From the NCBI RefSeq assembly GCF_964355755.1, contig NC_092677.1, positions 19,242,101 through 19,306,100 on the forward strand: 64,000 nucleotides of DNA. Direction: 5' to 3'. Positions 37,659-49,600 of the stretch are shown in pieces; position 1 is the first letter of the stretch; the number at the start of each line of letters is the position of its first letter. Below the pieces are notes generated by a model. The model was not told the DNA's origin, did not search any database, and worked only from the letters and a program-made list of their open reading frames with translations. This stretch comes from Antedon mediterranea (Eukaryota > Animalia > Echinodermata). A program made the translations under genes and the position numbers.

Positions 37659-38006
37659 CTACTGTGGCACAAATGCTCTAGTGTTTTTCCTTTTGGGTGT
37701 TTTGCCTGATTCCTTGCATTCACTACAAAGTGGATAATTCATGTTCTCAATTGATAAATTGTGCTCAGTTCCACAATAAAAGCACAGGGGGTCTGTGAAT
37801 GTTATGTAATAAGCTGCTTCGAGAGGCAGGGCACATGTCATTTTGTCATTGACAAAAACAATAGAATCGTCCTCTCCCAGGATGTCTTGAAAACAAGTTC
37901 CACATGAATACGACAGTGTGTCCAGTTCTCGTTCCAAGAGCTGCCCTTGGTCACGCTTCAGAACATGTGCTGCATAACATACTCGCCACTTGAGGCATTC
38001 TTCACA
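37659..38006 (-). pseudogene. Cys-rich C-terminal exon of the transposase in the 37317-39919 element
   Basis: After a pyrimidine-rich AG acceptor: CEECLKWRVCY...YSCG...MTCALPLEAAYY...LCFYCG...YPLCSECKESGK...stop. No catalytic core visible upstream. Confidence 0.6.
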
Positions 38007-38663
38007 CTAGAATAAAGAATGAAAAAGAGTAGGGGTAAATATATGGTAAATTCAGTTGTGTTGAAAGAATTCTGAACATGACAATAATATGATAATATGA
38101 CATCCAAAGAGGGAGGGAATATCAATGCATACACACATATTTTAAACAGGACGTGGGTCATGTACCCGAACACGTCCGTAAACATCTAGCCTATATATAT
38201 GGGACAGTTTCAACCCAGCCGGGTCGATTCACCCCTCTATGGATAGGCAAACTCTACACTCTCTCGCGACAATATGCTAGCCTACAGTTTTGTTACTTCT
38301 GTATGAACATTTTTTACCGAACAATTACTCACCTCCGTAGTTTGGTATTGGTCTCCTATCGGTCCACCTTGATCGAATTCGCCGCCTGCAAAATCAGAGA
38401 AAATGTCTGCGAGAGTACGTCGGCCGTCCACTACACCGTTCTCGCATACCAAGGGCCGGCTTCACGATTTTTGTTGCAGTCCGAATCGAAACACAAATAA
38501 AAACCATGTTGTTTAACTACTATCTAGTCTAGCAGTATCCTACTATCCTAGATCAAATTATTATGTAACAATTGATAAAAGGACTAAAAAGTAGGCCTAC
38601 CAAGGAACCAATAATTATAAATATTAATAGTGTATACTGTAACTCAAATGTATAGAATATATC

Positions 38664-39467
38664 TGTTATGCGCGATTTGAACGATTTGCGCAATTTGAAA
38701 TTGCGCAAAAAAAATCCTTGCGCAATTTGAATTGAAACATGTGTTTCAAATTGCGCAAGCAACGTATTAAATTGCGCAAGTAATCTGCAAATTGCGCAAG
38801 GTTTTTCGACAGATTGTGAAATCATGCACACCCATATTTTTATAGTAATTTCTAAGAATGATTCAAAATTAAAGATAAATATCGCATTTCCTTATTTTAG
38901 TAGTGCAAATATTGTTATAAGTTAGCATACCGTCGAAGAACCGACGAAGGAAAATGAAGCGGTGGTGTTCCACCAGGCGGGCGCGGCGCGGGCGGCCGGC
39001 TATAGCCTACTACTCTAGCCTAGCTAGGGTCTGGACTACTGATACTGACTAGGTTACATGGCCTAGCTTAAACTAATATTAAAAACTTAAAAAGTGAGTA
39101 TTAAACATTATCTTCATTGAAATGGTCTTATTTATATAATAAAATACTACATTTTAAACTCCTCTGCCTAGGCCTAGCCTAGCCATGTATGGGAAAATTT
39201 ACAGTTCGTTTTCAAATTGCGCAAAGGTGTCATATTGCGCAAGAACTATCTTGCGCAATTTACAAATTGTGCAGCGCAATTTAAAATTGCGCAAAGATTT
39301 TCTTGCGCAATTTGAAATTGCGCAAGTTGATTGCGCAATTTGAAATTGCGCAAAAAAATCCTTGCGCAATTTTAAATTGCGCAAGAATTCTTTGCGCAAT
39401 TTCAAATTGCGCAAGGATTTTTTTGCGCAATTTCAAATTGCGCAAATCGTTCAAATCGCGCATAACA
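38664..39467. mobile_element. Ginger-like MITE nested in the Zator-like element
   Basis: TGT...ACA ends, TIR of about 65 bp (TGTTATGCGCGATTTGAACGATTTGCGCAATTTG...), 4-bp TSD TATC at 38660-38663 and 39468-39471, and about 20 TTGCGCAA subrepeats. Confidence 0.8.
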
Positions 39468-40192
39468 TATCGATAGAAACGGAAGGTAGAACCAAAAACA
39501 TGTGTTCTCCAAATCCAGTCGTTTTTTGCTTCACGGCAACATTTTTAAGGAGTAGCGAGAATATAGCGGCTGTGAAAATTCTAATTAGATCCAGACGTTT
39601 ATGTAAAATATTATACCCATGATGAGTGTAATTCAAAATATTCATACATTCAACGGCAGTGATACCTCTATCATCGCTGACCTATAATCAAAGAATATGA
39701 CCTCAAATTTATCGCAGTCGACGATGTGTATAATAGATGGCTCCCGACGGCTGTGGATCACGAAAAAAGAAAGAGCTAGGCCTAGCTTTCGACAAAGGTA
39801 CAACATGAATCAATGTTTTATATACAAAATATCGAAATAAAAAATAAAATAAAAATTGATGCGGCCTGAAAAAAGCATGCGGGCGGGGACGATCAACTGT
39901 TGTTTTTTTTTATATGGCCTTATTTTGAGTTCAATTTGCTCAAAAATATCAATTGCGTAATTTTACACACTATTTCAATGTTTAGGGGCAACTTTGCGAT
40001 GGGGCGACTATGCCGGGGCAACTTTGTGACAGGCGAGTTTGTGACGGGCGACTTTGCAATGGGGCGACTTGACTAGCATCCTGTATTAGCTAGTAGTAGT
40101 AGTACTACTAGGCCTGGCCCTACTAGAGGCTAGAGTAGTAGAGAGAGTAGGCTAGTTAGTATAGCCGTATAGCCTAGTCTATTAGCCTCTAG

Positions 40193-41085
40193 GGCGCTAG
40201 TTCCGTTTCGCACCTGTCGTTTATTTCGACTCAAAATTGGTTAACTAACTTTATCGTGAGTACCACACCTTAGAATTAGCCCTCAAAAATACTTTTACGA
40301 AGGAGATCACACAAAAGTAAAAAATAAATCCTTTAAATTGATGAATTTACAGACGTGTTTCTCGCACATTCGGTTCGTGAATTTCGCATACTCCATGTTC
40401 AATGTTGTTGTTTATATGGAGTGCCAAAAGAGCAATCATAATAGAGGGCTAAAAACTCAGTAAATTGCGTATATTTAATGCATTTATTGGTGAAAATTAC
40501 GTTCAATTTTATCATATTTTGTCAATGTTAATGCAACAAAAATATTACTGTTGATACTGTACATGGTTTTTGCAGGAACTTTTAGGAATGAAAATCGACA
40601 AATTCATCATCATATTACATGTACTGTAGGGGTATACCTGATCTAAATAATATTCCTCTTTCTTAGTCTTACTCTTAGGCCTAGGGTTGGTTGCTATTTG
40701 AAAACAGCAAATTATTAGCAGTAAAATGTTACAGCATTTTTATTGACAAAATATATTAAAATTAAACGTGTATTTCAATAATAAATGCATTAAAAGAAGA
40801 CGCATTCCACTGAGTTTTTAACCATCTATTGTTGTTGCTCTTCTGGCGCTCCATAGAAACGAAAATATTGAACTTCGAGTATGCTAAATTCGCGAACGGT
40901 ATGCGAGAAACATGTCTGTAAAATCATCAATTTAAGGATTTATTTGTTACTTTTTATGTGATTCTTCTTCATAAAAGTACTTAATGAGGCCCAATTTTAA
41001 GGTGTGGTATTCACAATAAGTTGCTTAACAATTTGGAGTCAAAAGGAAGTCGAAATAAAAACAGGTGCGAAACGGAACTAGCGCC
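40193..41085. mobile_element. Fold-back MITE with 8-bp TSD (Merlin- or MULE-like)
   Basis: GGCGCTAGTTCCGTTTCGCACCTGT / ACAGGTGCGAAACGGAACTAGCGCC with imperfect arms of several hundred bp; TSD GCCTCTAG at 40185-40192 and 41086-41093. Confidence 0.85.
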
Positions 41086-41359
41086 GCCTCTAGCTAGGCT
41101 TAGGCTAGGTAGGCCCTACTAGCTAGAGTTAGACCTAGCCTAGCTAGGCCTACTAGGCCTCTAGCCTACTACTAGCCTAGCTAGTAGGCCTAGTCTCTAG
41201 AGCAAGTAGGTAGCACTACAGTATTATGAATAAAGGCCTCCTAGAGTTAAGTCGTTAAGTCTACCAACTAATAATCAGATGTCAGTGTATATGACGACAA
41301 GACCTACTACCATCAATCAACAGACATACTGTATATTTAGAAGAAGAAAAAGTTAACAC

Positions 41360-41596
41360 AAACCTCTTTTTTTTTTCAACAACTCGGCTACTGCTGATTC
41401 TTTAGCAGTTATATCATGTGACTGAGTGAATTTTATATCACGTGATCTGATTTTTGCAGCGCACCTGACCGTTACAACAAACAGGAAGTAAAAATAATAA
41501 AGGCGGAAGTAAATTTATTTAGGCTAGGTTGTGAGTTCTTTTTTGACATTAGAAACTAATATAGTATAGGCCTAGGCCTACTACTACTAGGTAAGT
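41360..41596. promoter_or_regulatory. Candidate bidirectional promoter for CTSA and ELMO
   Basis: TCATGTGAC (41414-41422), ATCACGTGAT (41437-41446), CAGGAAGT (41482-41489) and GCGGAAGT (41503-41510); plus-strand donor AG|GTAAGT at 41591 and a minus-strand AG|GTTTGT near 41363. Both genes' ATG exons carry upstream acceptors. Confidence 0.45.
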
Positions 41597-42137
41597 TATT
41601 ATTTGTGTCCTGGAATAATGAGTGATCTCTTTTTGTGTGAGTGAGTGAGTGAGATCATTAATTCATTCAGCTGCTTCTGAGTGAGCGTTCTGTTTAGCCT
41701 AGAATAGATAGCTAGGCTAGCCGAGCCGAGCCGAGGTGTAAACAGACGAGCGGGGCCACGGATGATCGTGTCCATCATAGAGACGATCGGGCCCATTTTT
41801 TTTATGAGCCCGATCGTCTTATATGCTTGGCCCAATTGTCTTAGGCGTTGGTTCCGATCGATAGCCTTCTTAATCGTTGAGCCTGATACTGATAGTCCTA
41901 AAACTCTGTCTGGGCCGATCGTCTTTTTTTTATTCTTTAATATAATTCCCTCAAACAAATTATTATTCCCAAGGGGTGACAAATCTTATATTTCACCAAT
42001 ATAAAAGGCGATATCGGTTAAATGTCCATGGGCCAGACGTTTTTTCGGTATCAAATTTGTGGCAAATGCTACCATATATTTTTGGAAAGCTTAATATGTC
42101 TACTTTTCAGAAATCCATGACAGCAATGCCAATTGTA

Positions 42138-42368
42138 ATAATAATAATAATAATATTTATTCGGTCATCAATGTAAAAATAACCAGGAATGAGAATAGGC
42201 TAAAGCCCAAACAGATTCTGCACTCACTCCATACAATACAAACAGTTAAGATAAAACCATATCCAAGAAAAATACAAATAAACTATACATAACATGAAAT
42301 ATAGTGTTTTGTTAGAGCAGCCTTAAATATTGAAATTGTTTGTGAATCTTTTATGTCATTTGGTATGA
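42138..42368 (-). mobile_element. 3' end of a CR1/L2-group LINE
   Basis: Minus frame IPNDIKDSQTISIFKAALTKHY, then a 3' UTR and an (ATT)n tail. Confidence 0.55.
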
Positions 42369-42740
42369 CAGCTTAATAGCTATCTAGGCTAAACAGAAAC
42401 TCACTCACTCAGAAACAGCTGAATGAATTAATGATCTCACTCACTCACTCACTCACACAAAAAGAGATCAGCTTAATAGTCATTTTTTAGGATTATATAA
42501 CACCGCCTATGGAAAATATGCAACACAAAATTTTGGGGTAGGGGGTAACACTTTTGCTAATAACTTGGGATTTAATGAACAGATTTGCATTTTCTTGGTA
42601 TCAATATGTAGTGTATAGACTGCTTAAGTGTCTAATATATATATTTTCGCATCGGGTAAATAATAATTACGATGTGGCCTAAGATTCACCGCCGCCTTAA
42701 CTTGGGTATTTACTACTCCAGTTTTAATATAGGCACACAA

Positions 42741-45002
42741 CAGCAAAGATCGTATAGCGCCACGTAGTGGCGCAAGATATGGAACTGACGCTCGAAAAAT
42801 GATAATTGCATGGGCAGCCATTCCGGCAAGCGGATTACCCAGTAGGCAATGCGGCACGCCACCAAATAAATGTAAACAAATAGGATTTACATCTACGCGA
42901 TAAACAGTACGACTTTATTTTATCTTTCGCGTCAAAATGAAAGAACAGCTATATAAATTTCGATTATATAAATTTACTCCATTTCATATTACACTTACAT
43001 ATGCGTATATCACTGTCCAACCTCAAACGGCTACAGAATAAACACTGACTGTATGGAGGACGAATTTTGTAGGCAGTAGGTTGAGGCATAGTTATAAATA
43101 GTGTCGCGGGGCGCAGCGCGATGCTACGCACTTCACGCCCAAGGTCGGCCGCGTTTGGCCTAGGCTGGGATGATGGCACAGTTTATGTGCGAGAGAAGCA
43201 TTTTTTGGAGATGAATCGTAATTAATTGCCAAATATATTGTCCAAAACTGTCTTTTTAATTTTTTTAAATTAATGGGGCAGGGGGATGTTCTTTCCCCTG
43301 TTCGGACCCTCTCTTTCTATTTTGTGTGCTTCAGGCCTACAAAGTTATTTCATTGCAAGGGGAATTTTACTCCGATCTGCCACAACTGTAGTATACTGTA
43401 CATACATTAGATACAAAAACAATTGTTACATTTTTTTTATTTCAAAAAAGTAAAAGTATTAAATATTAATTTTAAAAATTCAATCATAATCATAATTTGT
43501 TCTTTTCAACCCACTTTTATTAGCTCAACTTTCAATATTACAGACAGGATTAAAATGCAATAAAAATACTGAAAAATCTAACTTATATAAGTTGTTTATA
43601 CAGTATTAATAAATGATATGGAATAATTAAATACACTCAATAAATAAATTACGAATGTATGGTTTTAGCCGCCTTAAATACAAGGAAAATTCTATTATTT
43701 TGATTTCTTGTATTACAAAAGAAGCCAATAGGCCTAAACAACAGTACTGATAATAACTGAATTCTGTTTATTTCCTTTCACTTTAAAGTATGAGGTGTGT
43801 GAAAATAGTGATTTTATTTGTAATCCCATAGGATACTGCTCCTTTTCAAGAATCAAAAATATAAACTATTATTACTATTAAAATATAATTGTCCATCAGT
43901 TCTGGCCTTTGTATTTAATTCTTGTGTAAAATACCACTGTGCACTCAATCATCTATCTTCTCAATAGTAATTATACAGTATGATGACAGACTATATCTTT
44001 CTGAAATAGGGAAAAATATATCATTAAATTATTAGGTCACTTTTCGAACTGTTACATAATCATTTGATTACTTATTATAGTATTTTAAAATACTATACAT
44101 TTTAAAATTCAAAACAAAAGTCAATATACTATTTAATTTGTAATTTAAATGTGTGAAAACCTAGATTGTTCAGTTGTAAATATAATATCCAGAAATAATG
44201 CCAATAATAGGACTAGGCCTAGTAAGTATTCAAAAATGTTTACATTAATTAACTAAATATTTTTCAAATAAAGATGAAGAACAAAATAAATATGAGGATC
44301 AAATTTATAATTTAAATTTATTAAATAAAAAAAACAAACAATAACATCCTCAGTGTTTTGGTTTTTAGGAGACCTACCTAAGCTATGATTTTATTGTTTT
44401 ATAACGATTTTTTATTTCATTACATTTAATTATTTCTGTTAATGTTATTATTAATAAAATGCCATATTGTCTTGTACATTTTTATTAAAAAAAAAAACTC
44501 CTAATTCCCGAACAGCTTCAGTTTTTTTCTTAATCTTCCATCCATCCAAGCCTTGTTTGATCCATCTATCAAGCCGCCAATCAATATCATTCATCCTCCC
44601 AGACTTTTTTTTATTAGTAACTAAACTAGGCCTAGTATTCGGCATTAAATATGCCTAGGCTTACTACTATCTCTAGGCCCTAGATCGGATTGCGCAGAAA
44701 CGCCTGCCTGAACTAAATTTATCCAACAATTTAATAATTTTGTTAATGTTTACTAACAAAAAAATATATATTCTAAAAACTTTCCACTACATACCCAATA
44801 CAACACGAGAAAACTTCCCGAACAAACAATAACACGTCACACGTGGATGTGGTTCAATGGTTTATTATACACTTCCGGGGTATGTGATCCCGTAAACTTG
44901 CTTGCCGGAATGGCTGCCCATGGAATTTCACTCATGCGCAGTGTATAAGAGATAGGACTTCCCTATCTTGCGCCACTTCGTGGCGCTATAGTATCTTTGC
45001 TG
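42741..45002. mobile_element. Non-autonomous TIR element, about 2.3 kb
   Basis: CAGCAAAGATCGTATAGCGCCACGTAGTGGCGCAAGATA / TATCTTGCGCCACTTCGTGGCGCTATAGTATCTTTGCTG; no clean TSD found. Confidence 0.6.
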
Positions 45003-45039
45003 CACAGTAATTGAGGACAACCACTACTTTAACTGTAGA

Positions 45040-45865
45040 CAAAGAATATATATCACAAGAATGAGTATTCCGCGATTTTTGCATGAGAAATTTGTAACAG
45101 AGAGCTCCAGTGAGTGATGGCCGCCCTCATAAGGGCGGATGTATACATACTAAATAAGACTTGTTTTAATAGACATGATACATGTCACATTAAATAGAAT
45201 TATGATGATAGTTTTTGCAATTGTAAACTATTTTATAATACATATTTATTAACAAACTAGTGTTTATTCACTTTTACAGACAATTATTTACTAACATGCT
45301 AAGTTAGTTCACAAAAAAGGCCTAACACAGCAACACCAAAAATCAACGAATATTACTCAGCACGGCCTATTCTTTACCATTGCCGTGTACTACTGTACGC
45401 CCGGTAAATTAAGTATTGTTTTTATGATATAAATTAGTATAAAACACATGTTATTAATAGGAGAAAATGTTAAATGTCATTAACATTTATTTGTTTTACC
45501 AGAAACAAGTTAAATATAGGAATATTATTAAACTATCCTTCGTGAAAACGCGTAAACACCAACACGCCCGGTCACGTTATCGTAGCGCCCGGTTGATAAA
45601 TCAAACTGTTTATACGGCAGTTTTTACTAAATAAATTGCATAAAATAAACAATTAAATATTCAAATAGTATTTAACATGATGTTGGCATGTAGTTGATAA
45701 CATTTTTATCATCGGAAAATACTCCGGTGGTCCAGCCTTTGATTAGTGAAACCTTCACCAAAAGTTGTATACATCCCACACTTATGGCGGCGCCCTACCA
45801 CATGGACAATATTACTGTTACAGGGAAAATCGCGGATTACTCATTCTTGTGATATATATTCTTTG
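45040..45865. mobile_element. P-element-like MITE
   Basis: 40-bp TIR CAAAGAATATATATCACAAGAATGAGTA(T/A)TCCGCGATTTT; 7-bp TSD CTGTAGA at 45033-45039 and 45866-45872. Confidence 0.85.
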
Positions 45866-46671
45866 CTGTAGATGCGAGGGCAGACAGGCCTACTCGTTAT
45901 TAGTAGGCCTAGCCTAGTGTAATATATTAAGCTAGGTTTCCACGGAAAAATACACATTATGTTTGTTTGCTTCATTATTTGTAATACTGTATTTCATACT
46001 ATTACTACTATTTCTAATACACACTGGAAATCTGTAAATACCATACGATATCCGATTGTTCGTTATTTCAACGCAAACTCAACGCAACACATTGTGTTGG
46101 TTGAATAAACAGTTCAACAAACTCAACACTTTCAACGCCAACGGACAACGCAGTTTCAACGCATTGTCAACACTTTAACAATGCGTTGAATGCGTTCAAA
46201 ATCTGCAGAAATTCTGTCCGGTACTGTACGTCTCTAGGCCTATGTTTAGCTTAGTTCGATTAGTTTTGTAGGCCTAGCTGTTCGAAGAACGGTAACAAAC
46301 AAAGATTGTACGCTAGCTGTAGGCCTAACCTGCTTAATTAATATCTTTGCTTTTCTAGTATTTCTGTACAAAAGATAGAGAAGAAACATAATATTTAACG
46401 ATTGTTAAATAGTGTGTATTGCACGCCATGTTACCCACAATCGTCCAATCAAATGACAAGAATTTATTTAGGTGTTATATCAATACAAACTATGGTTGCA
46501 TTTTTTTTCCAAAATGATGTTAAACATGTAATAATGCATGTTACATAATACAGTACAAAACCAACCAATCAAATGACTAAGATACACTTTGTTATAAACT
46601 CTACCAAGTAATACCATTGTTTATTTACAATTCATTATTTGCATTTCATTTCCACAGGTACAGTAGTCAAA

Positions 46672-49600
46672 ATGGCTCAAATTACAGCAGGTCGTCCGAG
46701 TGCAACAGAAATCAAATTTGCTGTGACAATGCCAAGTAAAGTCACTCAATTTCTCATTGTTACCCCGGTAAGATATTATCATTTTATCTAATGTACCACC
46801 ACATCATTACCATTAAAGTTTTATTGTCCCCCTGAAAAAAAACATGTTGAACATGGAGCTGAAAAACCAGCAAGTTAAAAACAAAACAGTTTATTTTTAT
46901 ATTTTATTCATTATTTTGTTTGTTGTTATTTCTGCAGAAGTAAATAACTTTTTTAAAACTACAAGATACTGTACTAGATCCTAAGTTTGCTTTTATTATT
47001 CATTTTTAATTTTCATGTTTTTGGGGACAATACATCTTTAATGTACCATATATAGTCAAAATCAATGATCAAAATAAAAATAATTTTTTATTCCATAAAA
47101 CTTAAATAAAGCTTTTAAATGCAGTAATGTATTTAATTGGATGCATGAATACTTTTAAAATGTGTACATGCATGCGTTCAGCTTGTTTTATCACCTTCAA
47201 TCTTCTAAAAATCCAAATAAATTTTCTTTTTTAGATAATGTCAATCGAAGAAACATTAATGAATTTATGCGAGTCATGGCAAATACAAGATGCATCAGCT
47301 TACGCATTGAGTGACATGGAAACAACATTCTATATAACAGAAACAAACCGGAGTAAACTGAGAAATGGCAGTGTTCTCACACTGTCTGAATCTCCAGTAA
47401 GTGTATTGGAAATGACGATGTATGACACTAGTTTTCAGTGTAATACTTGATAGATACATTACAAACTAAAATAATCATAATAATATACATAGTTAATAAA
47501 GTGCAGGGAATAATTTCGCCAGTGTAGCATAGCAAAAAGCTATACAAAACAACAATATTGCTACACATTTCTAAAATTGTGTAGCAAAAAATACAATACA
47601 AAACTATGTTTCTTGACTCAAAAATCAGTTTGATTAACAATTTTGCTAAACAAAATTACAAAATGAAATTTTTCCCTGAAGTATACATGGTAGATATTCA
47701 ATATAGTTTATTTTTTTATCTCAGAAAAAAGCAGTTCAGAAGATGATCAATCGATTAAATGGGGATGATCAGGAGAGACGAGAAGCTCTTCAACAGCTTG
47801 CATCAAAAGCTATGGATATAACATTTGTTGAACACTTTATAGAACAGAAAGGAGTTGAATTACTCTTAACATTTCTAGAAAGTGGTAAAATGTAAGATAA
47901 CAATGATGAAAAGGCAGTGGTGATGGTTATACCAAGAGGATTGATGAATTGAAATGATAAAAAAATATTAAAATACCTGTAGGGGTGGTGGTGATTTTTT
48001 TTGATTTTTGATTTATTAGCATCTCATTAAAAAGACATACACAGTTTATGAAACAGAGATATATACAATTTAAAAATGTTAAAAATACAAAAACAGAGAT
48101 GCAGGATAGCCCATGAAAGTCTCAATGTGAGACTTATTTCCAATGGGGTCCTCAATAACAAATTTAAAAAGACAATAACAAAAATGTAATTACAATACAT
48201 AAAACATACTTATAATTGGCATACTGTATATATAAAATCTTACTTTACCGTTGATTCACTTTCACGGGCTCTAATTCTAAGATATTCCTTAACTTTTATT
48301 TTAAAATGTTCAATTGAATTGCTTTGTTTTATTATTTTGGGCAGGGCATTTCAATTCTTAATTGCTGCATATATAAATGTATTATGAGCAACTGATTTAA
48401 AAGTAGGTACTCGAAAATTAAATTAATGATGAATGGTGGTATAGTATAAGGTGGTTTTATTTGTGTTGGCATCAATGTGGGTAGAATGGTGGTTATAAGG
48501 CAGATATAAATTGTGAGATTGGAATGACTCACTGATGTTGGTAAGGTCAGATTATTGATACTGTGGATTGTTGGCAAATTTCTTTTGAACTATTGTTAAT
48601 TACTTTTCTCTAGGCAAGGAAATGTTTTGGCTTATTCTTTGACAGCGATTTTTGAAATAATGGAACATGGATTGGTACCTTGGAGTACACTATCTACAGG
48701 TTTTATAAGTCAGGTAAGTTGTCATCAAGCTTTATTAAAACTGTTATGCTTTAGGTTGAAGGTCTAAAGACCAGGTATTAATTATTTTGTATACTAGGTC
48801 TATTTGAAACATGGTTAAATGGCAATATAAAAATTAATGATTAAAATAATGTATAACTTGTTTTTACATTCTGGATGATTTAAATATTAAATTTTAATAT
48901 ATATATTTTTACAAAAGGTCGATAATGTGTGTATGAACACAGTACAGATAACTGTTTACATTTGGTCTATGTGTGAAATGGGTATAACTTAGAAGGAGTA
49001 TACTGTACTCTTATCAGTGTCGAAAGTAACTATATTTGTAACAAAGTGAAGCTCTTGATCCATTTTATTTTTAGGTCACTGAACATGTTAAAAAGACAAA
49101 AGCTCCTCAAGATGCCACAGTAACACAGAAATCACTGTCGTTGTTGGAACTTGCTGTTTTGAATAGGTAAAAATAAATTATATTTTATTGGACAAATTTA
49201 CCAGTCATGCATAAAATAAAATATTGAGATTGAACATTGCCAGATGGGAATTGAATGAATTTGAAGTCCAACATTATTACAGTAGTGAATGTGTATCAGT
49301 GGAATAAGAAGAATGTTTTTTATGAGCTTTCATTGCATACAAGAATATATTCAATGAATACAAAACATTGGTTTATTCTCCTATTAGTCAATTTTTATGA
49401 ATCAATCATTTTTTCGGTAATGACCATCAATGCATGCCCCATATTCACACACTATACTTTTTAAAGCTGCTGTTGAATAGAACTATTGAAGATCACTTTT
49501 CCATTGAATAGAATTAAATTACCATTGTCATATGATAGACAATCAACCAATTAAATGGCAAAGATGTTACTGATTAGATTGTTGTAATGCTTTCTTTCAG

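Larger units (their letters stand above)
37317..39919 (-). mobile_element. Internally deleted Zator-like DNA transposon
   Basis: TIRs of about 33 bp, GGCCATGTAAAAAAAAACAACAGTTGATCGTCC / GGACGATCAACTGTTGTTTTTTTTTATATGGCC, with a TTA TSD on both sides. GG ends with a TWA TSD fit Zator; Harbinger is not excluded. Confidence 0.75.

Noticed and set aside
41599-42004. 127-aa and 80-aa ORFs near the candidate promoter
   Set aside because: No recognisable motif; they overlap repeat-derived sequence.
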